This document shows positions 55,619 to 64,000 of a stretch of DNA of 64,000 bases, piece after piece. Both the position numbers and the translations under genes were made by a program. Origin of the DNA: Marispirochaeta sp. (GTDB lineage Bacteria; Spirochaetota; Spirochaetia; JC444; Marispirochaetaceae); assembly GCA_963676835.2 (NCBI GenBank), contig CAXXFF010000001.1, positions 704,001-768,000 of the forward strand. The letters are read 5' to 3'. The notes under the pieces were generated by a model. It did not search any database. It saw nothing but the letters and a program-made list of their open reading frames with translations, and was not told the origin of the DNA. Every line of letters begins with the position of its first letter. The first letter of the stretch is position 1.

Positions 55619-56862
55619 TCGTACCTCAAAATTTGACTTGGCTTCATGGAGACTACATCCCGGGAGGCCATCCAGGCCGACAGCAGGGCGGCAGAAAAGG
55701 CGCAGGCGCCGATAAGCACCAGCTCCGCCGGAAGGACCCTCACCGGAACTTCACTGAGATAAAAGGTGCCGGAGTTTATGGCCAGCCGGGAAGAAATATG
55801 CTCCAGCAGGCGAAACAGAGAGTTTATATGAGTAACCGTAAGCAGACCCAGAAGAAGTCCCCAGAAGGTACCGGCAAATCCTATGATGGCACCTTCGAGG
55901 ATAAACACGAGCTGCACCTGCCTGCTTCCACCACCCACTGCCCGGAGGACCGCAATGGCAGCCCTCTTCTCCTGAACCCCGCGGCGCAGGGAATGATAGA
56001 TATTTCCGGCCACAACCAGAAACATTACCCCGATAAGCAGTGACATGGTCAGTTTTTCCATTCGCAGGGCACCGAAAAAAGCACGGTTGAACTCCCGCCA
56101 CGAAACCAGTCCACCCGAATCAAAGCCTTCAGATTCAAGGACATCCGCGATGGTAGTCAGGGCAGAAGATATTCTGTATCTGTTTTTCAGTTTGATGCCG
56201 ATAACGGGATGATCAATGCCGGAAGCAAGGCTTTGAACATTTTCGAGGGATGTAAATACCAGCCCCCGGTCATACTCATAAAAACCGCTTTGAAATATTC
56301 CTGCAACGGGCATCTCCCGGGAAGCCGGCATGAGACCTGCGTAGCCAGAACCTGAAAGAGCCGCCAGGGTCATGGTATCACCAATGTGAACCCCGACAGC
56401 CCGGGCCAGTTCCCGTCCAATCACAAGCCCGGCTGAAAAATCCAGATCTCCGTCAACCAGATTCAACTGCCCTATCATACCCGGGTCTATTTGTTCTATA
56501 TCAACCGGCAATCCGCGGACTTCAACTGCTTCAAAACTGCCGAAACGCCCCCGGGCAAGAGTCTGGGTTTCCAGAAAAGGGACGGCAGCCTTGACCCCGG
56601 GGACTGCCTTCAGGCTTTCTGCGGCAGCAAGCGTCTCTGTATCGATGATACCGGTTACCCGCAGATCATAGGAGCGGATCTCAAGTATATCTTCAATAAA
56701 TCCCAACTGAAATCCGTTCATCACACCCATAACCACAACCAGAGTCAGTACCCCTACGGCGATTCCGGCGGTGCTGAGAAAGCTTGCAGCCAGAGTCCGG
56801 GAAGTTCTTCGTTCCTTAAGATAACGGCGGGCGGTAAAAAACACCCATTCAAGGCTCTTCAT
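55615..56862 (-). CDS. LolC/E-family ABC transporter permease
   Basis: GIAVGV.TL.VVMGVMNGF, SWREFNRAFFGALRMEK, C-terminal ILRYE. Confidence 0.9.
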   Translation of the reverse strand: MKSLEWVFFTARRYLKERRTSRTLAASFLSTAGIAVGVLTLVVVMGVMNGFQLGFIEDILEIRSYDLRVTGIIDTETLAAAESLKAVPGVKAAVPFLETQTLARGRFGSFEAVEVRGLPVDIEQIDPGMIGQLNLVDGDLDFSAGLVIGRELARAVGVHIGDTMTLAALSGSGYAGLMPASREMPVAGIFQSGFYEYDRGLVFTSLENVQSLASGIDHPVIGIKLKNRYRISSALTTIADVLESEGFDSGGLVSWREFNRAFFGALRMEKLTMSLLIGVMFLVVAGNIYHSLRRGVQEKRAAIAVLRAVGGGSRQVQLVFILEGAIIGFAGTFWGLLLGLLTVTHINSLFRLLEHISSRLAINSGTFYLSEVPVRVLPAELVLIGACAFSAALLSAWMASRDVVSMKPSQILRYE

Positions 56863-57880
56863 GGAGCTCCTCTTTTACAAGTTCATCGTTTTCGTACCAC
56901 TTCCGCAGAACCAGCAGGTCCTGGCGATAGTACTCCTCAATCCGGCTGTTCCTCTGAAAAAGAACAATCCGGACAAGCCGCCGGTTGATCCTCAGCTCTT
57001 CACGCGCAAGATCATCTCCGGCATAAAAATAGTTCCGCTGTTCGAGTCTGCCGGGCTCCCGGATAACCGACTCCGCAAGGCGGTCTCCACTGTAGCGGAG
57101 TTCCCTGTCCCTCCGGACTGATCCGTCATCTTCAAAGACTATTTCCCGGATGAGCCGGCCTTCAGAAGTACGTTCAACACGGCTTATAAGGATATCTCCT
57201 TCGGAATAGGTATTCTCACGGATAATCCCGTTAACAGTTTCCCGCTCTACCCGGGCAACCACTGAAGTCCCGCTGATCCGGCTCTCGCGGATTACATCCA
57301 GCCCGTTAAAGAGAGTCTCCGTACCGGATTCAAAAGAACCGGTCCAGGTTTCCGCGAGGCCCCCCTCCGGATCATATCCAAAGTGAAGAACTGTTATCTC
57401 TTCATTATGTGCAAATCTTATTACCGAACGCAGGCGTCCCCGGACATCCCGCAGGTACTCCTGCCGATACTGCTGCACACCACCAACGCTCAACTCGGTA
57501 AACATCAGGCGGCTCTCTTCCCATCCATAGGAAAAAGAGCGCTGCAGTCTTGTTCCCCGGTAAACATCTTCAGATCCGGGCAGCCCGTTATGGTACCGGA
57601 TAACCCGCCGCTCTCCGGCTTCGCTTATTTCTTCTATGCGGTCGGCAGCTCCCGGATTCTCAACAGATGATTTTCGCAGGAGCCTGCCCTGAAGAAAAAG
57701 CTCATCAACACGCTTTTTTCCGTTTTCAATGCGGTGGAGAAGATAACCCTCGGCATCCATATCCGGAATTTCAACCGGAGAGAGAGCCCGTCCGAGAGGG
57801 TCAGACTGAAACCAGCCGGTTTCAGCTGAAAGACCTGTACAGAGGAGAATAAGTAGCAGCACACACCGGATTTGTACCAA
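56849..57880 (-). CDS. exported hypothetical protein with beta-hairpin (YwqK/MORN-like) repeats
   Basis: Signal peptide; repeated E..Y..G.L units; coupled to ftsY and lolC. Confidence 0.6.
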   Translation of the reverse strand: MVQIRCVLLLILLCTGLSAETGWFQSDPLGRALSPVEIPDMDAEGYLLHRIENGKKRVDELFLQGRLLRKSSVENPGAADRIEEISEAGERRVIRYHNGLPGSEDVYRGTRLQRSFSYGWEESRLMFTELSVGGVQQYRQEYLRDVRGRLRSVIRFAHNEEITVLHFGYDPEGGLAETWTGSFESGTETLFNGLDVIRESRISGTSVVARVERETVNGIIRENTYSEGDILISRVERTSEGRLIREIVFEDDGSVRRDRELRYSGDRLAESVIREPGRLEQRNYFYAGDDLAREELRINRRLVRIVLFQRNSRIEEYYRQDLLVLRKWYENDELVKEELHEEP

Positions 57881-57892
57881 ATCCTTCTCCCG

Positions 57893-58750
57893 TCAATCCT
57901 CTAAAAGAGCAGTAAGAAAATCATCGGAACTGAAGGGCCGGATAGCCTCATAATTTTCACCATCACAGACATACAGGAAAGGCACTTTCAGGTTTCTGCA
58001 TACCGAAAGAATAACTCCCCCTTTGGCAGCTGAATCGTATTTGGTCAGGATTATGCCATCCAGGCCCACAGCTTCATGAAAGATCTCAGCCTGGCGCAGT
58101 CCGTTCTGACCGGTGGTGGCATCTATAACCAGAACCTTGCGGTAAACACCATCTATTTCCCGCTTCTTCACTATCCCGTCTATCTTCTGCAGCTCCTTGA
58201 CCAGGTTCTGCTTGTTATGCATTCGTCCCGCGGTATCCGCAATTACCAGGGGAATCTTTTTTGACTGAGCACTCTCAACTGCATCCCATATAACCGCGCC
58301 GGGATCTGCTCCGGAGTGCTGATGAACAACCCGTAATCCCAGCTTTTCACCATGATGAATAAGCTGATCTATTGCTGCAGCCCTGAATGTGTCTCCTGCG
58401 GCAAGAAGTGGCTCTATCCCTTCGGTACGGTGTATACGGGCTGCCAGTTTTGCTATGCTCGTTGTTTTGCCGACACCGTTTACCCCGAGAACAAGAACTA
58501 CATTGACCTTGTCCTTCTCGAGATTCAGCTCTCCCTCAATGAGGTACCCTTTCAGATTATTCCGGAGAACAGTAATCAGATCTTCCCGGGATTTCATTCC
58601 CCGTTCTTTTCTCAGTGCATCCACCACTTCCATGGCGGCCGCAGCCCCGATATCAGCCTCAACAAGCAGATCTTCTATCTCCTCGAAGGTCTCCTCATCA
58701 ATTTTATTACCTGTAAATATGCTTTTAAGCCGAGCTCCAATTCCCCGCAT
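57893..58750 (-). CDS. ftsY: SRP receptor FtsY (NG domain only)
   Basis: GVNGVGKTT, DTFRAAA, DTAGR, DATTGQNG and TKYD motifs. Confidence 0.96.
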   Translation of the reverse strand: MRGIGARLKSIFTGNKIDEETFEEIEDLLVEADIGAAAAMEVVDALRKERGMKSREDLITVLRNNLKGYLIEGELNLEKDKVNVVLVLGVNGVGKTTSIAKLAARIHRTEGIEPLLAAGDTFRAAAIDQLIHHGEKLGLRVVHQHSGADPGAVIWDAVESAQSKKIPLVIADTAGRMHNKQNLVKELQKIDGIVKKREIDGVYRKVLVIDATTGQNGLRQAEIFHEAVGLDGIILTKYDSAAKGGVILSVCRNLKVPFLYVCDGENYEAIRPFSSDDFLTALLED

Positions 58751-58777
58751 CGCTTTCGTAACCTCTGTAGTATCAGA

Positions 58778-60130
58778 TTAAAATGTGTCTTTACCGGCGG
58801 CTTTGTATTCAAAAAGGGATTCAACCATATGCGCAAAGAGTACGCCGGATGCACAGAGAGTACCATAAAAGAGTCCGTTATACAAAACTGCTTTCTGTGA
58901 AATTCCCGTATCGTCATAAAGAACCGCCTGGTTCCAGTAGTCTGTATAAAGAGAATAACTGAACATGGTCAGTGGAAGGGAGAGAGTAAACAAGCCAACA
59001 GAATTGTAAAGCTTATCCTTCTTTTCCTTCATTCTCATTGATGTACTGTAGAGTTCCATCTCAAGTTCAAAGCTGTTCTTGCCGCGTGGGATGTCGTCTG
59101 CCGGAAGCATAATGCTGCGGTAGCCTTCAAGATCGATACGTATCGTCCCCCCTCGGCCGGTATCGGGTAGAAACAGAGGTGTGGTGCCAACCCAGCGGCT
59201 GGAAAGATACACATCCGCTCCTGCAGGGAAACTGCTTATACCCACAAGGGGAGCCGGTACCGGGTTCAAATTTATTTCAAGACGATTCTCCTCTCCCGGT
59301 TTCAGTGCAACAGTCTGCTCCACGCTTTCCGCCGCTTCAGCATGTATCTCCAGGCGGTACTCCCCGGGAGGGAAAATCTTTTCGTACAGCGAGCCGACCC
59401 CCGTCAGAGTTGAGTCGATATACAGGGATGCGTCGCTTCTGTTGGTAATAACCGTCAGGCTGCTCCAGGGCCCGCCGATAACCTGCTCCCGGATCGCTCC
59501 CTTTGCCTGATTAAGAGCTCCCTCAAGGGAGGTAAAACCGGCGGTGGAGAAATAAAACCTGCGCCAGAATCCTTCGGCTGCTGTATAACTGCGAAGACTG
59601 AAATAGATCAGGTCTCCAATTGGTTCGATTGTCCCGCTGATAAGCATATCAATACTATTATTCCGGCAGTAGGCAGCCGTATCTTCAGGCAGGTTCTTCA
59701 ATTCACCGGGCACATTTTTAATCTTGAGCTTCAGAAGCTCAAAGTCTGCTTCAGCTGTCTGTGGTTCTTCTGCCACCTCAGCTTCATCAGATCCCTCGCC
59801 GAGCCCCTCCCGGAGACGGGATAATGAGGCTTTCCGGGCTGCCGCAGCCTTGTCGGTCTCCCGGGACCGGTGATCTTCCCGACGCAGATACTCCCGGCGC
59901 ACTGTTTTTTCGGCGTCGCTCAGATAGTGGTATTCGATTCCGGCCAGTGAGTGCAGCAGCAGCCGCGGGAGTGCTTCTGAGAGGTAGAGATGCTCAGCAC
60001 CGAGGCCGGCTGAAGGAAAACGGGTAATCTCAACGGCATATTCAGATGTTTCTGAATCCTCTGCCGGAAGAGTAAGGACTGAAAGTGAAAATACGAGAAC
60101 TGCCGCTGTTCTTCGCCAACAGGTTTTCAT
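58778..60130 (-). CDS. PEGA-domain protein
   Basis: Start MKTCWRR + signal peptide, overlapping the cheY stop. ISSFPAGADVYL....VGTTPL (PEGA); C-terminal hydrophobic helices. Confidence 0.75.
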   Translation of the reverse strand: MKTCWRRTAAVLVFSLSVLTLPAEDSETSEYAVEITRFPSAGLGAEHLYLSEALPRLLLHSLAGIEYHYLSDAEKTVRREYLRREDHRSRETDKAAAARKASLSRLREGLGEGSDEAEVAEEPQTAEADFELLKLKIKNVPGELKNLPEDTAAYCRNNSIDMLISGTIEPIGDLIYFSLRSYTAAEGFWRRFYFSTAGFTSLEGALNQAKGAIREQVIGGPWSSLTVITNRSDASLYIDSTLTGVGSLYEKIFPPGEYRLEIHAEAAESVEQTVALKPGEENRLEINLNPVPAPLVGISSFPAGADVYLSSRWVGTTPLFLPDTGRGGTIRIDLEGYRSIMLPADDIPRGKNSFELEMELYSTSMRMKEKKDKLYNSVGLFTLSLPLTMFSYSLYTDYWNQAVLYDDTGISQKAVLYNGLFYGTLCASGVLFAHMVESLFEYKAAGKDTF

Positions 60131-60495
60131 CCTGCAGTTTTCAGTGCCTTTGATACAGCGGAAACAATTCTGTCGGGCTTGAAGGGCTTTACCACAAAAT
60201 CCCTGGCACCCAGCCGTATTGCCTTGAGAATGGTACTTTCCTGCCCCATGGCGGAGCACATAATTATTCTGGCCGATGGATCACGCCGGCGGATGGCCCT
60301 TAAAACAGTCAGCCCGTCCATTTCCGGCATGGTAATATCGAGAAGAACAACATCGGGACGAATCTTGAAATAGCGGCGAAACCCTTCCCTGCCGTTGTCG
60401 GCCTCACCGGCGACCTGAATTCCCGCCTGAGAGAGTATATCCCGCAGAGCAGTGCGCATAAACTCAAGGTCGTCGACAATAAGAACTCCGCTCAT
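60127..60495 (-). CDS. CheY-like single-domain response regulator
   Basis: VLIVDD, LLDITMPEMDG, CSAMGQ and FVVKPF motifs. Confidence 0.92.
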   Translation of the reverse strand: MSGVLIVDDLEFMRTALRDILSQAGIQVAGEADNGREGFRRYFKIRPDVVLLDITMPEMDGLTVLRAIRRRDPSARIIMCSAMGQESTILKAIRLGARDFVVKPFKPDRIVSAVSKALKTAG

Positions 60496-61599
60496 CCCTT
60501 CTTCATTTTCCAGGTAAAATTAAGATAACTTTCGATAAACTGATCGAGATCCCCGTCCATTACAGCCTGAACATTTCCGGTCTCATGCTTGGTCCGGTGA
60601 TCCTTGACCATATTATAGGGATGAAAAACATACGAGCGGATCTGGTTCCCCCAGGAAATATCCTTTTTCTCCTGGGCACTCTTTTCCTGCTCCGCTTCCT
60701 GTTCGGCTTTGTAGTGTTCATACAGCCGGGATTTAAGCATCTTCATGGCGGTGGCACGGTTTTTATGCTGGCTTCGCTCATTCTGACACTGCACCACAAT
60801 ATTGGTGGGAATATGGGTAATTCTGACGGCGGAATCGGTTTTGTTAACGTGCTGTCCACCGGCACCCTGGGCCCGGTAGGTATCCACCCTCAGATCTTCC
60901 GGCTTTATATCCACATCAATGTCATCTTCAATAACCGGTGATGCATATACCGATGCAAATGATGTATGCCGCCGTTTTGATGAATCAAAGGGAGAAATCC
61001 GCACCAGACGGTGAATACCGGTTTCACATTTGAGATAGCCGTGGGCATATTCTCCTTTGATCTGCATGGTAACTGATTTGATTCCACCCTCTGCTTCCAG
61101 CAGATCCAGAATTTCCAGCTTAAACCCCTTGCGCTCTATCCATCGGGTATACATACGGTAGAGCATACTTACCCAGTCACAGGCTTCAGTACCCCCTGCC
61201 CCGGAGTGAATGGTAAGAAAAACAGGATTTGGATCCAGCTCATCGGAAAGCATATCCATAAGCCGGAGCTTACTGTATTCAGATCTCAGTGTTTCAAGAC
61301 TGCCGGCTATTTCATCCTCAACGGAGGAGTCGTCCTCCTCTACAGCCATCTGGTAAAGCTCTTCAAGCTCTTCCACCTGCTCTTTCAGCTCTTTCCAGGG
61401 CGCAAAGGAACGCTTGAGACTGTTAATTTCTGCCAGCATTTTTTCCGCGGTTTCGCGGTCATTCCAGAAATCGGGCTCTGCTGTTACAGCTTCCTTTTCC
61501 CGGATGGAGTGTTCGATTCTTTCCGGGTCAAAGACCCCTCCAGACATCGTATATTTCAGACTTCAGGTTTTTAATCGGATCATTCAGTTCACTTAACAT
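60492..61599 (-). CDS. prfB: peptide chain release factor 2, with programmed +1 frameshift
   Basis: The first 23 codons from ATG 61599 (MLSELNDPIKNLKSEIYDVWRGL) end at AGG GGT CTT TGA C. The +1 frame continues DPERIE... and contains the SPF and GGQ motifs. Confidence 0.97.
61527..61541 (-). promoter_or_regulatory. prfB frameshift signal (internal SD + CTT TGA C)
   Basis: Minus strand GGAGGGGTCTTTGAC. Confidence 0.92.
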
Positions 61600-61612
61600 A
61601 TGCTTTTCCTTG

Positions 61613-61882
61613 TCAGTCTAAGATAAGCCGCCGCCAGCGCTTGCCCTTGAGAGAGGTAATTACCAGGGTCTCCTCCAGGGGAAACTGATAAAACCGGATT
61701 GAATCAAAGGAATCACAGACCCGGTCAATATCACGCTTCAGCCGGGAAAGGGTATTTTCCGGTATGGAACGGGATTCCCACACACCTTCCTGAATCTTCT
61801 CAAAGCCGTACCAGCCGAGAAGCTTGATCACCTCGGAAGAGTGGTCGTCATCTGCAAAATCGCATGCAACGGCTACAAACAT
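61613..61882 (-). CDS. cas2: orphan Cas2-family protein
   Basis: 89 aa: FVAVACD (conserved Asp), LL..YGF.KIQ.GVWE, DSIRFYQF. No cas1 or array nearby. Confidence 0.7.
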   Translation of the reverse strand: MFVAVACDFADDDHSSEVIKLLGWYGFEKIQEGVWESRSIPENTLSRLKRDIDRVCDSFDSIRFYQFPLEETLVITSLKGKRWRRLILD

Positions 61883-62006
61883 CGTGATCTGAGTTTACCC
61901 GGAAAGCGGTGCAGGAGCAAGCGCAATAAATGGCCGGGTACAGCCTATTGAGAACGGCTATGGATTAATGATTTTTTTTCCGATAAGAATAGAAGGAAAC
62001 TCTGTT

Positions 62007-63242
62007 ATGAAAAGAAATAAACTGTTCTATCTGTCGGCATTACTCCTCTTTGCATCTACCCTTATCTACTCCCAGAACGGAGATATATTCTCACCCTTTC
62101 CCTCAAGCCTGAGAATATCGCCCCGGGCTAATGGTATTCAGCTTACCTGGAGGGATTCCCCCGACGTTTTTGAAAGCTATGAGATTTACCGCTACACAGA
62201 AGAGATAACAGAGGAGAATTTCCATCTGGCCGAAAAAGCAGGCCAGGTTCCACCGGGAACCTCCACATTTACCGACTATCCGGGAGATGAACAAACCTAT
62301 TTTTATGCGGTACTCCTGAACAACCCCGACGGCGGACTGTACGAACTTTTCATTCCCTTCAGGAATAAATCCGTGGTCGGAGCAGCTGCAACACAGATAA
62401 AAAACGAAGAGGAGATCGCCGCAGAAATTACCCGTATAGGCTCATCTGTATCAGGTGATTCAATTCAGGTAAGCTATAAATCCAACAGGGGAGACAGAAC
62501 CCTGCTTATATACCGGCATACCGACCCCATTGCCTCGGTAGACAACCTGCTTGAAGCAAGCCGCATCGCAGTCGTACAGAGTGACACCGGCAGCTACACC
62601 GATTACCCGATACCGGGCATCCAGTACTACTATGGTGTATTCGACAGCAAGCTTCTCCAGACCGGAACCTTCAGCTTTAATCCGGGAGAAAACATTACCA
62701 CAAGTCCCGTAAAAATATCCGCCACATCAGAACGTCCCGGACTGGCTGCGCCGGCAATCAGCCTCAGGTCTCCACCACTGCCGAATCTGATTATCCAGAA
62801 GGGAATTGAAAGCGGAAAACCCCTCACAGCATCACTTGCTCTTATTGCGCCCTCCAGGAAAGAGGTAAACCCAGAGACTGAGATTGCCATACAGGGATTA
62901 TTAAGCCTCCTTCCGGAACAGAAGCTTATCGAACCGCAGCCTGCAGTACTGCCGCAGCACATACATGGTGGACTCGAAGGAGCCGCCTATACCCTGGGGC
63001 TGATCCTCAAGGAACAGTTTCTTAAAGAAGATTATAAAGCGGCATCAGAATCTCTTGCCAACTTCCTTTCCATCCGGAGAACTCCGCAGATTGAAACCGC
63101 CGCCCGTTTTTACTACGGCCAGGCTCTCTATATGAACGGTGAGTACAATGATGCATTCTATGAATTTCTGGTGGCGGAAGAAGAATATTATCCCGAATCT
63201 CAAGTCTGGATAAACCGGATTTACCGGCATCTCAGATCGTAA
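62007..63242 (+). CDS. exported protein with two FN3-like repeats and a C-terminal TPR-like region
   Basis: Signal peptide; two I.L.W/Y...IYR.T..I...FTDYP....YFY.V repeats; ARFYYGQALY. Confidence 0.7.
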   Translation: MKRNKLFYLSALLLFASTLIYSQNGDIFSPFPSSLRISPRANGIQLTWRDSPDVFESYEIYRYTEEITEENFHLAEKAGQVPPGTSTFTDYPGDEQTYFYAVLLNNPDGGLYELFIPFRNKSVVGAAATQIKNEEEIAAEITRIGSSVSGDSIQVSYKSNRGDRTLLIYRHTDPIASVDNLLEASRIAVVQSDTGSYTDYPIPGIQYYYGVFDSKLLQTGTFSFNPGENITTSPVKISATSERPGLAAPAISLRSPPLPNLIIQKGIESGKPLTASLALIAPSRKEVNPETEIAIQGLLSLLPEQKLIEPQPAVLPQHIHGGLEGAAYTLGLILKEQFLKEDYKAASESLANFLSIRRTPQIETAARFYYGQALYMNGEYNDAFYEFLVAEEEYYPESQVWINRIYRHLRS

Positions 63243-63248
63243 ACGGCC

Positions 63249-64000
63249 TTAGAGTTTATCTACCTTTAACTGAACCACGGTCTCCCATGTCTCTGAAGGT
63301 CCAAGTTCCAGGGGCCATTGGAGAAGCACGGCGTGCTGCTGGTACTCCTCTGCCATCCCGGCAAGTGTCAGGTACTCAAGTACCATTGGAACAGCTTTCC
63401 AGGTGAATGTCTTATCCGAATTCAGGGACATCCTGCTTTTAATACCTTTATCCATGAAAATGACTGCCGTATCATCGGGATCCCCCGGATTTTCACCGGT
63501 ACTGATTGCCAGATTTTCAGGATCGGAAAAGGCAAAGTTCATTTCACTGGCAAAGAAACGTTTAAACGGCTCATCGCCGGTATTGGTAACTTTGTAGGTT
63601 ACATGCAGGGTGTTTTTTCTGAATGAGAAATCCTTTTTCAGAGTAATCGGTATTTCGCTGTCTCCCTGTCTGATACGACATTCTGCACCGAGGCAGACCT
63701 GACGCCGCTCACGGTCAATAGACTCCTCGGAATAGAGCAGCCCCATCAAATCACATTCATCATCCCCGGGACGCCGATCAATAAAATCTTCGCCCTGCTC
63801 CTCTTTTACAATGCGGTCCATGAAAGATCGACGGGGGTATGCATCCGGAGTTGAGCTGCCGCTGCGGTATACCTCGTTATGCCGGGACATGGTGGCGCCG
63901 AAATTCCAGGAAGCCGGGAAGTAATCAAGCTCAAAAAGGGTTCCGCCCTTCTGATGCAGGTAGGCGTTTATATTGGTTCCCCGGTATAGATACTCCTGGA
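63249..64000 (-). CDS. GH57 alpha-amylase / 4-alpha-glucanotransferase C-terminal (DUF1926-like) domain; starts beyond the window
   Basis: Open to the window end (QEYLYRGTNINAYLHQKGGTLFELDY...NFGATMSR); RRSFMD, KDF, YKVTN, FASEMNFA and EYQ motifs. Confidence 0.75.
   Translation of the reverse strand, partial: QEYLYRGTNINAYLHQKGGTLFELDYFPASWNFGATMSRHNEVYRSGSSTPDAYPRRSFMDRIVKEEQGEDFIDRRPGDDECDLMGLLYSEESIDRERRQVCLGAECRIRQGDSEIPITLKKDFSFRKNTLHVTYKVTNTGDEPFKRFFASEMNFAFSDPENLAISTGENPGDPDDTAVIFMDKGIKSRMSLNSDKTFTWKAVPMVLEYLTLAGMAEEYQQHAVLLQWPLELGPSETWETVVQLKVDKL

Noticed and set aside
61959..61986. Second sigma28-like site (ATGGATT...TCCGATAA) before the gene at 62007
   Set aside because: It resembles the 39061 motif, but the -35 element and spacing fit poorly; too weak to call.

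Overview
This is a gene-dense chromosomal segment of a spirochaete (class Spirochaetia, probably a free-living Spirochaetaceae member). The assignment is inferred from gene order and protein families: lon-recJ-M23-rpsU, prfB-PEGA-ftsY-lolCDE, mutL beside TPR genes, and mcsA-mcsB-clpC. About 50 CDSs are supported, mostly housekeeping: mutL, recO, recJ, lon, ilvD, glyA, rnz, clpC, ftsY, lolCDE-like, prfB, rpsU. I saw no rRNA, tRNA, CRISPR array or intact transposase. Features the ORF track misses or mis-calls: rpsU starting at a non-canonical ATC codon, the programmed +1 frameshift in prfB, a ZMP/ZTP riboswitch ahead of glyA-ilvD, a 149-bp MITE with a TATT target duplication, and a sigma28-like promoter ahead of an acidic-protein/maf operon. 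Best candidates for undescribed biology: (i) a three-gene outer-membrane locus (364-8649) encoding a ~1580-aa protein with motifs resembling the T9SS translocon SprA, plus two paralogous beta-barrel-like proteins, one with a FecR domain; (ii) a PopZ-like acidic disordered protein heading a maf operon; (iii) a SelB remnant without its GTPase domain; (iv) a McsB with substituted catalytic residues; (v) an orphan cas2 coupled to prfB; (vi) a TPR/pseudo-Mrr + metallophosphoesterase + ParB-like operon. All family assignments come from motif recognition by eye; no database searches were run.
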